Assembly: GCA_934155185.1 (NCBI GenBank)
Contig: CAKPGT010000003.1
Location: forward strand, 30,970 to 94,969
From: an uncultured Bacilli bacterium
GTDB lineage: Bacteria; Bacillota_I; Bacilli_A; RF39; UBA660
DNA length: 64,000 bases
Direction of reading: 5' to 3'
In this document: piece by piece, positions 47,705 through 57,126 of the stretch
Layout of the letters: each line of letters opens with the position of its first letter
How positions within the stretch are numbered: the stretch's first letter is position 1
Position numbers and translations under genes: made by a program
The notes under the pieces: generated by a model
The model's database searches: none
The model's input: only the letters and a program-made list of their open reading frames with translations
Told to the model about the DNA's origin: nothing

Positions 47705-50700
47705 ATGGGACTGTATAATTTAACTAGAATAGAGGGATGGTACGAAGATTTCACCGACTTAAAAAATCGATTTAACAATGACTATTATCAAGATTTTAAG
47801 AGTAGTTATTTAAGAAAGTGCCCTAATCAATTAGTGTCAAAAATGTATTTAAATTTGCAAGAAAAGTATTTTAAAATACGTGAATTGTATAAAAAAGTTG
47901 ATACAGTTTGGAGTGAATATATAGTTGATTTAGAAAACACAGATAATAGATTAGCTGGGCAAAGTGGAAGTGTTAGTGCGTCAACTGTATCGTCATTATT
48001 GTCTAAAATGCCACAACTAAATGATACTCAGTATAGCTTATCTAATTCTGGAGGCCAAAGCAAAAACGCAGTACTTGAAATTGGGGAAAAAATTCTTTCA
48101 ACGGGTGCTGTTGTTACAACTACCGTGTATAGTGGTTTATTTAAATTAAGAGAAAAATTTCAAGATGGTGCATTATGGCTTGTAGCAACTGTTACTGCTC
48201 CGGTTGTTTCATTGTTTAATAAAGAAGCTGGGGAAAAATATAAAGAAGCAATGATGGATGCAATTGCTGTAGATAGGGTTGCAGAGGCAAATAAATATTT
48301 TTATGAAAATACTAAAGTTGGAAAATACATTAATGAAAAATCTTACTTAAAGTATGATAGTGAATTTGCAAAGAAAATGCAAAATTATTCAGAAAAAGGC
48401 TTTGAAATTGCAGCAGCAACTGCATTAACCGTAGCAACTGGTGGACTTGCTGCACCTGTATCTGCTCTACTGGTTGTGGGTACTGGCTTTGCTATTGGAG
48501 CAGGTGAAAAAGCAGAGGAAAATTATCAGCAAGAAGATAGAAGTTTTTATGGGGACGCTGGTGAAATTGCATTTGCAGGTTTAATCAAAGGAATTGAATT
48601 CTATGGCACTGGAAAGACGGGACAGGGAATTATTACTGCAGCCAAAGCAGTTGCAAGTTCTGGAGGTATAAAATCTATATCTACGGTTGCAAAACAATTA
48701 TTTACTAAAAGTGGAAATAAAAAAATCACTATGAAATCACTATTTAAAAAAGCGTCAGAAACGTTAAAAACAGCTTTATCAGATGTGGATACACATATGG
48801 ATTCGCTTAGCGCAGCAGCGGATAATATAACTTATAGTAAAGAAGAGGGTATAAAGGTTAATTGGAAAGGTTTTGCAAAAAAAACTGTTAAATATTTCAT
48901 TGCCAATTGTTGTTCAGCATTTGTTAGCAATCTATATGCACCACCAAAGACAAAAGCAGATAATGGTATAGAGAAATTTAAAGGTACAAAAAGTACATCA
49001 GCTGACGATTTAGAATCATTAAAAAAAGAATATAATGAGTTACTAGCCAAATCAAAAGAAAAATGGTTTATAGATGCAAAAGATGCTATGGATAATGGCT
49101 ATGCTTGGAAGTTAGATGATATTAAATCAGCAGATGATATTGCAAAAAGAATGAATGAAATAGAAAAGGCCCTTGGCATAGATAGCCCAAAAGTTAATGT
49201 AAAAGGAATAGAATCAGGAAGTACTCATAAATCTGATTTAGAACAACTAAAAAAAGAATATAATGAGTTATTAGCTAAGTCAAAAGAAAATTGGTTTATA
49301 GATGCAAAGAATGCTATGGATAATGGCTATGCTTGGAAATTAGATGATATTAAATCAGCAGATGACATCTCAAAAAGAATGGATGAAATAGAAAGAATTT
49401 TGTATAGTGATTCAAAAAATTTGACTAGTTCAGCTTACCCTGAAGCATTTAGTAGAAAATCATTAAGTAATATGACAAATTATGAGGTACATAAGTCATT
49501 AAGTGACATGGATATTGTTATTAAAAATATAGAGTCAAAATATCCGGGTGAGGGAGTACGTCGCTTAGAAGAATATTTAAAAACTGGTAATATAAATATG
49601 ATTACATCTCTTGGTGGTTCTAGAAACTATGTAGCTCAATTTGAACCTGATTTTATTGAATATTATCTTAAAAAAAGATATAATATTGATGTAAAAGTTA
49701 GTTCATCATTCTATGATTTAAATCAAACAGTACGTAGTGGTACATTAAAAAGTAGTAGTAATGAAGAATTATATAGTTTCTTTTCAAATAACGGAAGTTC
49801 ATTAAATGAAACATATGGTGCTGATCAAGGTGGAATAGATAAGCTATGTGATTATTATTTAAATGGAACAAGGTATTCTTGCTCTGAAGCCAAGGAGATA
49901 GCGAATTCGTATAAAGAGAGAGGATTGCCTTTACCAAAATTTAAAAAAGAGGCTGCAGTAGAAGAATACTTTACATTAAAAAATAAGTTAGTTTCAAAGG
50001 GATTAACTAGTGCTCAAGCCTCTGTTATATTATCAAGTTTTGATGATGTTGGCGCGTGTACTTATGCTGGAAAAGCTAATTCAATCTTTTTTAAGTTTTC
50101 AGATAATCCAGAACTATTTGAGAAAAAATTTGGCTTTCCAATGTATAAAATAGATAGTAATGGGCGTAAGGTTCTTAATTCAAATGAACTTTTATTAGAT
50201 ATGTATATGCATATAAATGATATATCGAATGGTGGAATGTTATTTACGAAAGTTAACGATTCATATGTTTTAAATTGCAGTGATAAAATTGATGTATTTG
50301 GCAGAAAAATGCTTGATACCGAGCATCAGGTTTATCTTTCTAATTTTGGCGGTTCAAATGACTATGCTTTAAATAATTATTTAAAATCTAAAAATTTAAA
50401 GTGGGATTCTTATAATTTGATTTCAAATCCTTCTGGTAAAAAATTAAACACGTCGGAATTAGTTGACTACGTTAATGCAATCTCTTCCAGTATTGAAGAT
50501 GGAAAGGCAGTACAAATGAACATCTTCTCTTCTGACAATAATATTACCATGCATTCAACAAATCCGGGTTCCTATAGTAGTAAATCAACAGATTCATGGA
50601 TAAAAGAAATAGTAAATGAAAATGGCAAAATTGAAAAGAAACACAGTGGTCATGCAGTAATGATTACCGGAATAAAAAATGATGGTTTTACAGTTAGTTC

Positions 50701-50797
50701 TTGGGGTCAGGAATATAAGATTTTGTATAATGATTTAATAAATGGAGGAGAATTTAACATAACAATAGATAATGTTATTGATCCTGTAGTTAGTTAG
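47705..50797 (+). CDS. large putative T7SS substrate/toxin with C-terminal Cys-His (papain-fold-like) domain
   Basis: Occupies the position of an LXG-type effector. Helical N-terminus, Gly/Ala-rich hydrophobic core and 2 x 76-aa repeat. C-terminal GACTYAG ... HSGHAVMITG ... SSWGQEY. Confidence 0.55.
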   Translation: MGLYNLTRIEGWYEDFTDLKNRFNNDYYQDFKSSYLRKCPNQLVSKMYLNLQEKYFKIRELYKKVDTVWSEYIVDLENTDNRLAGQSGSVSASTVSSLLSKMPQLNDTQYSLSNSGGQSKNAVLEIGEKILSTGAVVTTTVYSGLFKLREKFQDGALWLVATVTAPVVSLFNKEAGEKYKEAMMDAIAVDRVAEANKYFYENTKVGKYINEKSYLKYDSEFAKKMQNYSEKGFEIAAATALTVATGGLAAPVSALLVVGTGFAIGAGEKAEENYQQEDRSFYGDAGEIAFAGLIKGIEFYGTGKTGQGIITAAKAVASSGGIKSISTVAKQLFTKSGNKKITMKSLFKKASETLKTALSDVDTHMDSLSAAADNITYSKEEGIKVNWKGFAKKTVKYFIANCCSAFVSNLYAPPKTKADNGIEKFKGTKSTSADDLESLKKEYNELLAKSKEKWFIDAKDAMDNGYAWKLDDIKSADDIAKRMNEIEKALGIDSPKVNVKGIESGSTHKSDLEQLKKEYNELLAKSKENWFIDAKNAMDNGYAWKLDDIKSADDISKRMDEIERILYSDSKNLTSSAYPEAFSRKSLSNMTNYEVHKSLSDMDIVIKNIESKYPGEGVRRLEEYLKTGNINMITSLGGSRNYVAQFEPDFIEYYLKKRYNIDVKVSSSFYDLNQTVRSGTLKSSSNEELYSFFSNNGSSLNETYGADQGGIDKLCDYYLNGTRYSCSEAKEIANSYKERGLPLPKFKKEAAVEEYFTLKNKLVSKGLTSAQASVILSSFDDVGACTYAGKANSIFFKFSDNPELFEKKFGFPMYKIDSNGRKVLNSNELLLDMYMHINDISNGGMLFTKVNDSYVLNCSDKIDVFGRKMLDTEHQVYLSNFGGSNDYALNNYLKSKNLKWDSYNLISNPSGKKLNTSELVDYVNAISSSIEDGKAVQMNIFSSDNNITMHSTNPGSYSSKSTDSWIKEIVNENGKIEKKHSGHAVMITGIKNDGFTVSSWGQEYKILYNDLINGGEFNITIDNVIDPVVS
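49010..49402 (+). repeat. in-frame tandem duplication (228-bp period, about 1.7 copies) inside the effector gene
   Basis: LESLKKEYNELLAKSKEKWFIDAKDAMDNGYAWKLDDIKSADDIAKRMNEIEKAL versus LEQLKKEYNELLAKSKENWFIDAKNAMDNGYAWKLDDIKSADDISKRMDEIERIL. Unit starts are at 49010 and 49238. Confidence 0.9.
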
Positions 50798-50805
50798 GAG
50801 GTATT

Positions 50806-51363
50806 ATGAGAGAAATTGATAATTATAAGTATATGTTTTTTAAAGAAGTGTATAACACTATAAATCTTAAAAGTGTGGAACAGAAAATGTTAGGTGATAA
50901 TATAAAGCCACTTGAAGTAATAAAAGATGATAAATATGATGTAATTTCAAACTACTTTTTCTTGCTAAATGTTTTTAACATTGAGGCCTTGTCTAAGGAA
51001 CAGTTACAAGATTTTTATACGTACTTTTCTAAAGATATTAATTCTTTAAATGAACAAGAACTCCAAAAAACAAGAGAATTTATAAATGAAACTTATTCTA
51101 CGGTATTGTTTCCTAAGACTGATAGTAAATACGTATATTATGGTCCAATTAATGATGACTATTTATGCCCAAGAGATGCTATTGTAATAGGATTATACTA
51201 TGATGCTTTTGGGGAATATGGCGATTTTGAACTAGAAAATAAACTAGCAGATATTATTAATTATATTCAGTTCTCATTGGATAAAAAGAATTATAGTAAA
51301 ATTGCTGTTATACCATTTAATCAAATTACATTAGAAAATAGAATTAGTAGTTTAAATAAATAG
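50806..51363 (+). CDS. hypothetical protein; candidate cognate immunity protein
   Basis: 185 aa with no TM segment. Starts 9 nt after the effector stop and has its own SD (AGGAGG). Confidence 0.4.
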   Translation: MREIDNYKYMFFKEVYNTINLKSVEQKMLGDNIKPLEVIKDDKYDVISNYFFLLNVFNIEALSKEQLQDFYTYFSKDINSLNEQELQKTREFINETYSTVLFPKTDSKYVYYGPINDDYLCPRDAIVIGLYYDAFGEYGDFELENKLADIINYIQFSLDKKNYSKIAVIPFNQITLENRISSLNK

Positions 51364-51383
51364 CATTATAAGGAGTGAATAAA

Positions 51384-54300
51384 ATGAGGGTTTCATTAAT
51401 AAAAAAAGATAGAATAAGGCATGTTAACATACCAGATGTACCATCTGGTAACTTTTGGGTTACTGACTATGACGAAAACGGTAAAGAAGTTAATTTACTA
51501 AACATAAAGTCAGAAAATGGCAAGTGGAAATTAATTAGTAATTCAGAGTTTTACTGCTTACTAAACAATAACTATGTTGATAGTTTAGATTTAAAAAATT
51601 ATTGTTTTTATTCTATAAGAAAAGCTTCAAGTGATGAAACAATGCTAATATATTCATCTAGTTCATGCGATAGTAAAAAGGTTGAATACCTAATTAATCA
51701 AAATAATAATCCTTTAATTTCAATTGGTAGTGCTGTTAACTGTAATATTTCATTTCCATTCTTAGATGAGGTTACAGCTAATCTTATGTTTGAAAGAGGA
51801 AAGTATGTCTTACAAGTAATGTCTCCTAAAGTTGGGGTATATATAAATAATTTAAGAGTATATGATAAAAAGGTACTAGAATATGGCGATATATTATTTT
51901 TAAACGGATTAAAAATAGTATTTATGAAATGTGAGGGCAATGATAGATTAATAATATATTATTTCGGGAATAATTTAATTGTAAATGGACTTGCTAGTTC
52001 TACATATGATGATTACGAAGAACCTTTTGAAGAAGCTAAAGAAGATTTGGATATTAAATGGTACAAAGATGAAGACTTTTTTCACAAAACTCCAAGATTT
52101 GTATCTGAAATAAAAGAAAAAGAAATTAAAATAGATGTTCCTCCATCAAAGGAAGAGCAAAATGATATGCCCGTGATATTAACAATAGGGCCAATGCTTA
52201 CTATGAGTATGTCGTCTATGGTTATGGCATTTACATCAATAAGTAATGCAAGAAGTAATGGTGGTTCGTTAGCTTCTGCGATTCCATCTATTGTAATGTC
52301 TTTAGCTATGGTTGCATCTGTATTGCTATGGCCATCTTTAACAAGAAAATTTGAAGATAAAAGAAGACAAAAAAAGGAAAAAGAAAGAATAGATAAGTAT
52401 TCCAAATATATAGATTCTAGAAGAAAGATGATACTAGATGAGCTTGAAAGTCAAACTAAGTCTTTAAAAGGTAATTATCCAAGTCTTTTAGAATGTAATA
52501 GAATAATTTTAAACAAGGAGCCTGTTTTATGGCAAAGAAAAATTGAAGATGAAGATTTCTTAAAAGTTAGTTTAGGGTATGGAAGCTACGATATGAAGCT
52601 TAAAATTTCTTATCCAGAAGAACAGTTTTCAATGATAGAAGATGAGCTTAAGGATTTGGCTGATAAGTTAAGCAGGGAGCCAAAAGTTTTGCAAAATGTT
52701 CCGATTCCTTATTCTTTTTTAGAAAATAATATCTCTGCTATTGTAGGACAATATAATGATAGAAGTGAGTACTTAAAAAAGATATTATTTCAAATAATTA
52801 CGTTTCATAGCTATGTTGATTTGAAAATAGTTATTTTAACAGATAATGATAAAAAAAGTACATGGGAGAATATAAAGAATTTACCATATTGCTTTACGGA
52901 TGATAGAAGTCTTAGATTATTTGCTTCAAAAAATGAAGAGTATAGCATTGTATGTTCTTATCTTGAAAAAATATTTAGTTTAAGAAAGGAAGCTAGTAAA
53001 ACTGATGTTAATCCTCATATATACGATAAAATATATTTAATTATTACTGATTCATTTAAATCAGTAAGGAATCAAGACTTTATAGATAATCTTTTAAAGG
53101 AAAAGAATAATTATGGATTTAGTTTTATTGTTTCAAATGGTAAAATATCAACTCTTCCAGAACAGTGCAAGACATTTATAAATGTCGGATTAAATGGTGG
53201 ATATTTGTCTAAAAATATTGTAAATTCACAGAATCAAAATTTTATAACAGATTTAAATAGTGGAATAAACTACAATGAATGTTACAAAATACTTTGTAAC
53301 ATACCAATTGAAACAAATGATTCATCATCTTCTAAAATACCAGATAAAGTTGGATTTTTGGAGATGTATGATGTTGGTAAAGTAGAACAACTAAATTCAT
53401 CTAACAGATGGGAAAAGAGTAATCCAATGAATACTTTATCAGCACCTGTTGGTTATGGAAAAAACAGTGAAATCCAGTATATTGACTTACATGAAAAGTA
53501 TCATGGTCCGCATGGTTTAATAGCAGGTATGACAGGTTCTGGTAAATCAGAATTTATAATTACTTATATACTATCTTTAGCAGTTAATTATAGTCCACTT
53601 GAAGTTCAATTTATATTAATAGACTATAAAGGCGGTGGACTTGCTGGAGCATTTGAAAACTCTAACTCCGGAAAGAAATTACCTCACTTAGTAGGTACTA
53701 TTACTAACTTAGATGCGAGTGAAATTAAAAGAAGTATTTCTAGTATAGAAAGTGAGCTTAAAAGAAGGCAGCGTTTGTTTAATATAGCTAGGGATAAGAC
53801 AGGCGAAAGTACAGTTGATATATATAAATATCAGCGATTTTATAGAGAAGGTAGGGTTGATGAACCGGTATCTCATTTATTTATAATATCTGATGAGTTC
53901 GCTGAGTTAAAAAATCAACAACCTGAATTCATGGATCAGCTTATATCTACGGCACGTATAGGACGTTCATTAGGTGTGCATTTAATTTTAGCAACACAAA
54001 AGCCAAGTGGTGTAGTAGACCCTCAAATATGGTCAAATACAAGGTTTAGAGTTTGCTTAAGAGTTCAAGATAAGAGTGATTCTAATGAAGTAATTAAATG
54101 CCCAGATGCTGCATTTTTAAAACAAACAGGTAGATTTTACTTTCAAGTTGGTTATAATGAAGTATTTACTTTAGGACAAGCTGCTTGGGCAGGAGAAAAA
54201 TATGTACCAAAAGAAAAAACCAAAAAACCAGTAGATACGACAATAAAGTTTATTAATAATGTTGGTTATGTAATAAAAAAGGTAGCAACTAGAAAAATTC

Positions 54301-56039
54301 AAACTAATCAAGATGAAAAGAAATATGGGGAAGAATTATTAAATGTTGTAAATTATTTATCTGATATTGCTACAGAATTAAAAATAAAGGCAAAGCCATT
54401 GTGGCTTGATAAGATTCCAAGTTTTATTAAGATAAGAGATTTAATTAAAAAGTATGATTATAAATCTAATGTTCCAATAATTGATATACCTGTAGGTGAA
54501 TTTGATATACCTCAGCAGCAAAGACAAAGTATACTTACAGTTCCTATAAGTAATGGTGGAAACGTTTTACTATATGGAACTACCGGTTCTGGTAAAGAAA
54601 ACTTTATTATGACACTTATATATTCTTCAATGCTATTATATACACCAGAAGAGATTAATTTTTATATAATGGATTTTGGTGCAGAGGTACTTAAAGTATT
54701 TAAAGACTCACATTATGTCGGTGATATAGTTCAAATTGATGAAGAGGAAAAAATTAAGAATCTATATAAGTTAATAAATAATATGATAGATGAAAGAAAG
54801 GAGATGCTTTCATCTTATGGTGGAAGTTTCTTAAGTTACTTAAAAAATGGTGGTAAAAAGTTGCCAAGTATTGTAGTAGTTCTTAATAATTATGAAGCTT
54901 ATTATGATACTTACGAAGAACTTGATGATACGTTTAATATACTAACTAGAGAATGTGCTAAGTATGGTATATATTTCATAATTACTTTAAATACTCCTAA
55001 TGGAATGCGCTTTAAATTACGTCAGAACTTTTCACAAATATACTGTTTGCAACAAAATAATGAGGATGATTACATAAGTATTCTTGGTAATACTGGAAAA
55101 AGTTACCCATCTAAATTATTTGGTAGAGGTATAATTAAAAGAGATAATGTATATGAATTTCAAACAGCTTCTATAGATGTTCAAGAGAAATTAAATGAAA
55201 GTATACAACTTGAAATATCAAACTCAAATAATAAAACTAATTTTGTTGCTAAAAAGATACCTATACTTCCTAAGGTTGTAGATTATGAATATATTAAAGA
55301 TAGTATAGACTATAATGATGAAGAAGTTATAATTGGTGTTGAAAAACAAAGCTTAGAAGTTTGCAAGTATAATTTTAGAAGAGATTTAATAAACGTAATT
55401 TCTGCTAATGATAGTGATATGATGTCTGATTTTGTTAATTCTTTCATAAATCAAATTAAAATAAATAAGAAATTCCAGACTATGGTTATTGATGCTTCAG
55501 AATTAAGAATTGATGATGATACTAAAGAGAAAGTTGCTTATGAGGAAAATAATTACAATGAGGTATTTGAAAGAATATTAAAGTATGAGAATGATTGCTA
55601 TGATGTATATAGAAATAATAATTATAATAATTTAATATTCCGTAATCAAAAACCACTTATTGTAGTTATAAACGGTATAGATAGTTTTGTTTCTAAATTA
55701 TCTGATGAAAATAAACTAAACGTATCTGACTTCTTTACAAAAGCAAAAGATTTAAACATAATTAATTTTGTTTTAATAGATAGTGTAAGCGGTATAAAGA
55801 AAGTTGAGTACGAATCATGGTTTAAGGAAGGGTTTAATCCTAATGATGGTATATTTATTGGTGATGGTATAAATGACCAATATACAATGAAAGTATCTGT
55901 TAGAACACAAGAAATAAAGGAAACTATAAGTGATGATTTTTGCTTTGTACTATTAAGGGGTAAACCAGTACTTGTTAAGTACATTAGTAGTTTTAATCCT
56001 ATTTTAGATGATATGATAGAGATTCCTAGTGAAAAGTAA
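51384..56039 (+). CDS. essC: T7SS FtsK/SpoIIIE-family ATPase EssC/YukBA
   Basis: FHA-like N-terminal modules and two TM helices (MPVILTIGPMLTMSM.., IPSIVMSLAMVASVLLW). ATPase modules have P-loops GMTGSGKSEF and GTTGSGKENF, with Walker B IISDEF. The third module lacks a P-loop. Start is ATG 51384, after SD AAGGAG. Confidence 0.9.
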   Translation: MRVSLIKKDRIRHVNIPDVPSGNFWVTDYDENGKEVNLLNIKSENGKWKLISNSEFYCLLNNNYVDSLDLKNYCFYSIRKASSDETMLIYSSSSCDSKKVEYLINQNNNPLISIGSAVNCNISFPFLDEVTANLMFERGKYVLQVMSPKVGVYINNLRVYDKKVLEYGDILFLNGLKIVFMKCEGNDRLIIYYFGNNLIVNGLASSTYDDYEEPFEEAKEDLDIKWYKDEDFFHKTPRFVSEIKEKEIKIDVPPSKEEQNDMPVILTIGPMLTMSMSSMVMAFTSISNARSNGGSLASAIPSIVMSLAMVASVLLWPSLTRKFEDKRRQKKEKERIDKYSKYIDSRRKMILDELESQTKSLKGNYPSLLECNRIILNKEPVLWQRKIEDEDFLKVSLGYGSYDMKLKISYPEEQFSMIEDELKDLADKLSREPKVLQNVPIPYSFLENNISAIVGQYNDRSEYLKKILFQIITFHSYVDLKIVILTDNDKKSTWENIKNLPYCFTDDRSLRLFASKNEEYSIVCSYLEKIFSLRKEASKTDVNPHIYDKIYLIITDSFKSVRNQDFIDNLLKEKNNYGFSFIVSNGKISTLPEQCKTFINVGLNGGYLSKNIVNSQNQNFITDLNSGINYNECYKILCNIPIETNDSSSSKIPDKVGFLEMYDVGKVEQLNSSNRWEKSNPMNTLSAPVGYGKNSEIQYIDLHEKYHGPHGLIAGMTGSGKSEFIITYILSLAVNYSPLEVQFILIDYKGGGLAGAFENSNSGKKLPHLVGTITNLDASEIKRSISSIESELKRRQRLFNIARDKTGESTVDIYKYQRFYREGRVDEPVSHLFIISDEFAELKNQQPEFMDQLISTARIGRSLGVHLILATQKPSGVVDPQIWSNTRFRVCLRVQDKSDSNEVIKCPDAAFLKQTGRFYFQVGYNEVFTLGQAAWAGEKYVPKEKTKKPVDTTIKFINNVGYVIKKVATRKIQTNQDEKKYGEELLNVVNYLSDIATELKIKAKPLWLDKIPSFIKIRDLIKKYDYKSNVPIIDIPVGEFDIPQQQRQSILTVPISNGGNVLLYGTTGSGKENFIMTLIYSSMLLYTPEEINFYIMDFGAEVLKVFKDSHYVGDIVQIDEEEKIKNLYKLINNMIDERKEMLSSYGGSFLSYLKNGGKKLPSIVVVLNNYEAYYDTYEELDDTFNILTRECAKYGIYFIITLNTPNGMRFKLRQNFSQIYCLQQNNEDDYISILGNTGKSYPSKLFGRGIIKRDNVYEFQTASIDVQEKLNESIQLEISNSNNKTNFVAKKIPILPKVVDYEYIKDSIDYNDEEVIIGVEKQSLEVCKYNFRRDLINVISANDSDMMSDFVNSFINQIKINKKFQTMVIDASELRIDDDTKEKVAYEENNYNEVFERILKYENDCYDVYRNNNYNNLIFRNQKPLIVVINGIDSFVSKLSDENKLNVSDFFTKAKDLNIINFVLIDSVSGIKKVEYESWFKEGFNPNDGIFIGDGINDQYTMKVSVRTQEIKETISDDFCFVLLRGKPVLVKYISSFNPILDDMIEIPSEK

Positions 56040-56115
56040 AGGCTTATTTTGTCTTTACTTTTTACTTTAATCATTTAATTTATTATGATAAAATATAAAT
56101 ATAACAGGAGGAATT

Positions 56116-56574
56116 ATGAAAGAGCAAACTAAAAAGAAAATACTTTTAATAATATTATGCACGTTAACACTTTTGGTTTTATATGTAGCTATAAGACTAA
56201 ACTCAAATAGAAAGCATAGTTTATTGTTAAATTCGGATATTAAAGGATACTTAAGTGAGATAAAGTATGAAGAAATAGAATCTCATGTAAAGGAAAGGCC
56301 TAATGTAATCATATATGTTTCAAATAGCAGTCAAAATGAGTCAATTAAGTTTGAAAGAATGTTTAAAGATATAATTAAAAAATATAATTTAGAAAATGAA
56401 GTAATCTACATAAATATAAATGAAACAACAATTATTGATCCGATATATCAAAATGCCCCAGAACTTGTATTTTATAAAGATGGTACAATTAGTGATATTA
56501 TTGATTGCAGTACATTAAAAAGCAAGAAAAGTATTATAAATGAGTTAAAAGAAAGAAGTGTTATAGATGATTAA
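56116..56574 (+). CDS. N-terminally anchored membrane protein, possibly a thioredoxin-like fold without CxxC
   Basis: One TM helix (ILLIILCTLTLLVLYVAI) followed by an alpha/beta-like ~110 aa. The stop overlaps the trmL start. Confidence 0.4.
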   Translation: MKEQTKKKILLIILCTLTLLVLYVAIRLNSNRKHSLLLNSDIKGYLSEIKYEEIESHVKERPNVIIYVSNSSQNESIKFERMFKDIIKKYNLENEVIYININETTIIDPIYQNAPELVFYKDGTISDIIDCSTLKSKKSIINELKERSVIDD

Positions 56575-57097
56575 TGTTGTATTATATGAACCAGAAATAC
56601 CTGGAAATACAGGCAATATTATGCGTACATGTGCAGCTACAGATACGCATCTTCATTTAATTAAACCACTTGGTTTTTCATTAGACGAAAGCTATATTAA
56701 AAGAAGCGGGGCTAACTATATTAATGATTGTAATTATACTTTGTATGAAAACTGGGATGACTTTAAAAGCAAAAATAAAGGAACATATTATTACTTAACA
56801 AGATATGGTAAAAAAGCACATACTTCTTTTGATTATAGTAATAAGGATGAAAATATCTATCTTGTATTTGGGAGGGAAAGTAGTGGATTACCTCTTGAAA
56901 TATTAAAAGATGATTTAGATCATTGCCTTAGAATTCCTATGACAAATAAAGTAAGAGCACTTAATTTATCTAATTGTGCTGCTATTATGGTTTATGAGGT
57001 ACTAAGACAACAAGATTATAGAGATTTATTAAGAAAAGAACCATTTAAGGGTGAAGACTATATAGAAACAGGTATAGATATTAGTAAGCAAGACTAA
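56567..57097 (+). CDS. trmL: tRNA (cytidine/uridine(34)-2'-O)-methyltransferase TrmL (SpoU family)
   Basis: VVLYEPEIPGNTGNIMRTC, LVFGRESSGLP and NLSNCAAIMVYE SPOUT motifs. Confidence 0.9.
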   Translation: MINVVLYEPEIPGNTGNIMRTCAATDTHLHLIKPLGFSLDESYIKRSGANYINDCNYTLYENWDDFKSKNKGTYYYLTRYGKKAHTSFDYSNKDENIYLVFGRESSGLPLEILKDDLDHCLRIPMTNKVRALNLSNCAAIMVYEVLRQQDYRDLLRKEPFKGEDYIETGIDISKQD

Positions 57098-57126
57098 AAA
57101 AAGACAGTCAATTGATTGTCTTTTTT
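57098..57126. terminator. bidirectional terminator between trmL and the convergent lipoprotein gene
   Basis: AAAGACAGTCAA / TTGATTGTCTTT stem (one mismatch) flanked by A- and T-runs. Confidence 0.65.

Noticed and set aside
47705-50797. The 1030-aa protein as a divergent EsaA/YueB core component, given its similar size.
   Set aside because: EsaA has an N-terminal TM helix, a long extracellular coiled domain and a C-terminal cluster of TM helices. This protein has a central Gly/Ala-rich hydrophobic patch, recent tandem repeats and a C-terminal enzyme-like domain followed by a small ORF, which fits an effector/immunity pair better.
56116-56574. The 152-aa membrane protein after essC as the missing EssA.
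   Set aside because: Its single TM helix is N-terminal with a globular alpha/beta-like C-terminal part, and its stop overlaps the start of housekeeping trmL. That links it to trmL as much as to essC. It is kept only as a weak candidate in the T7SS finding.
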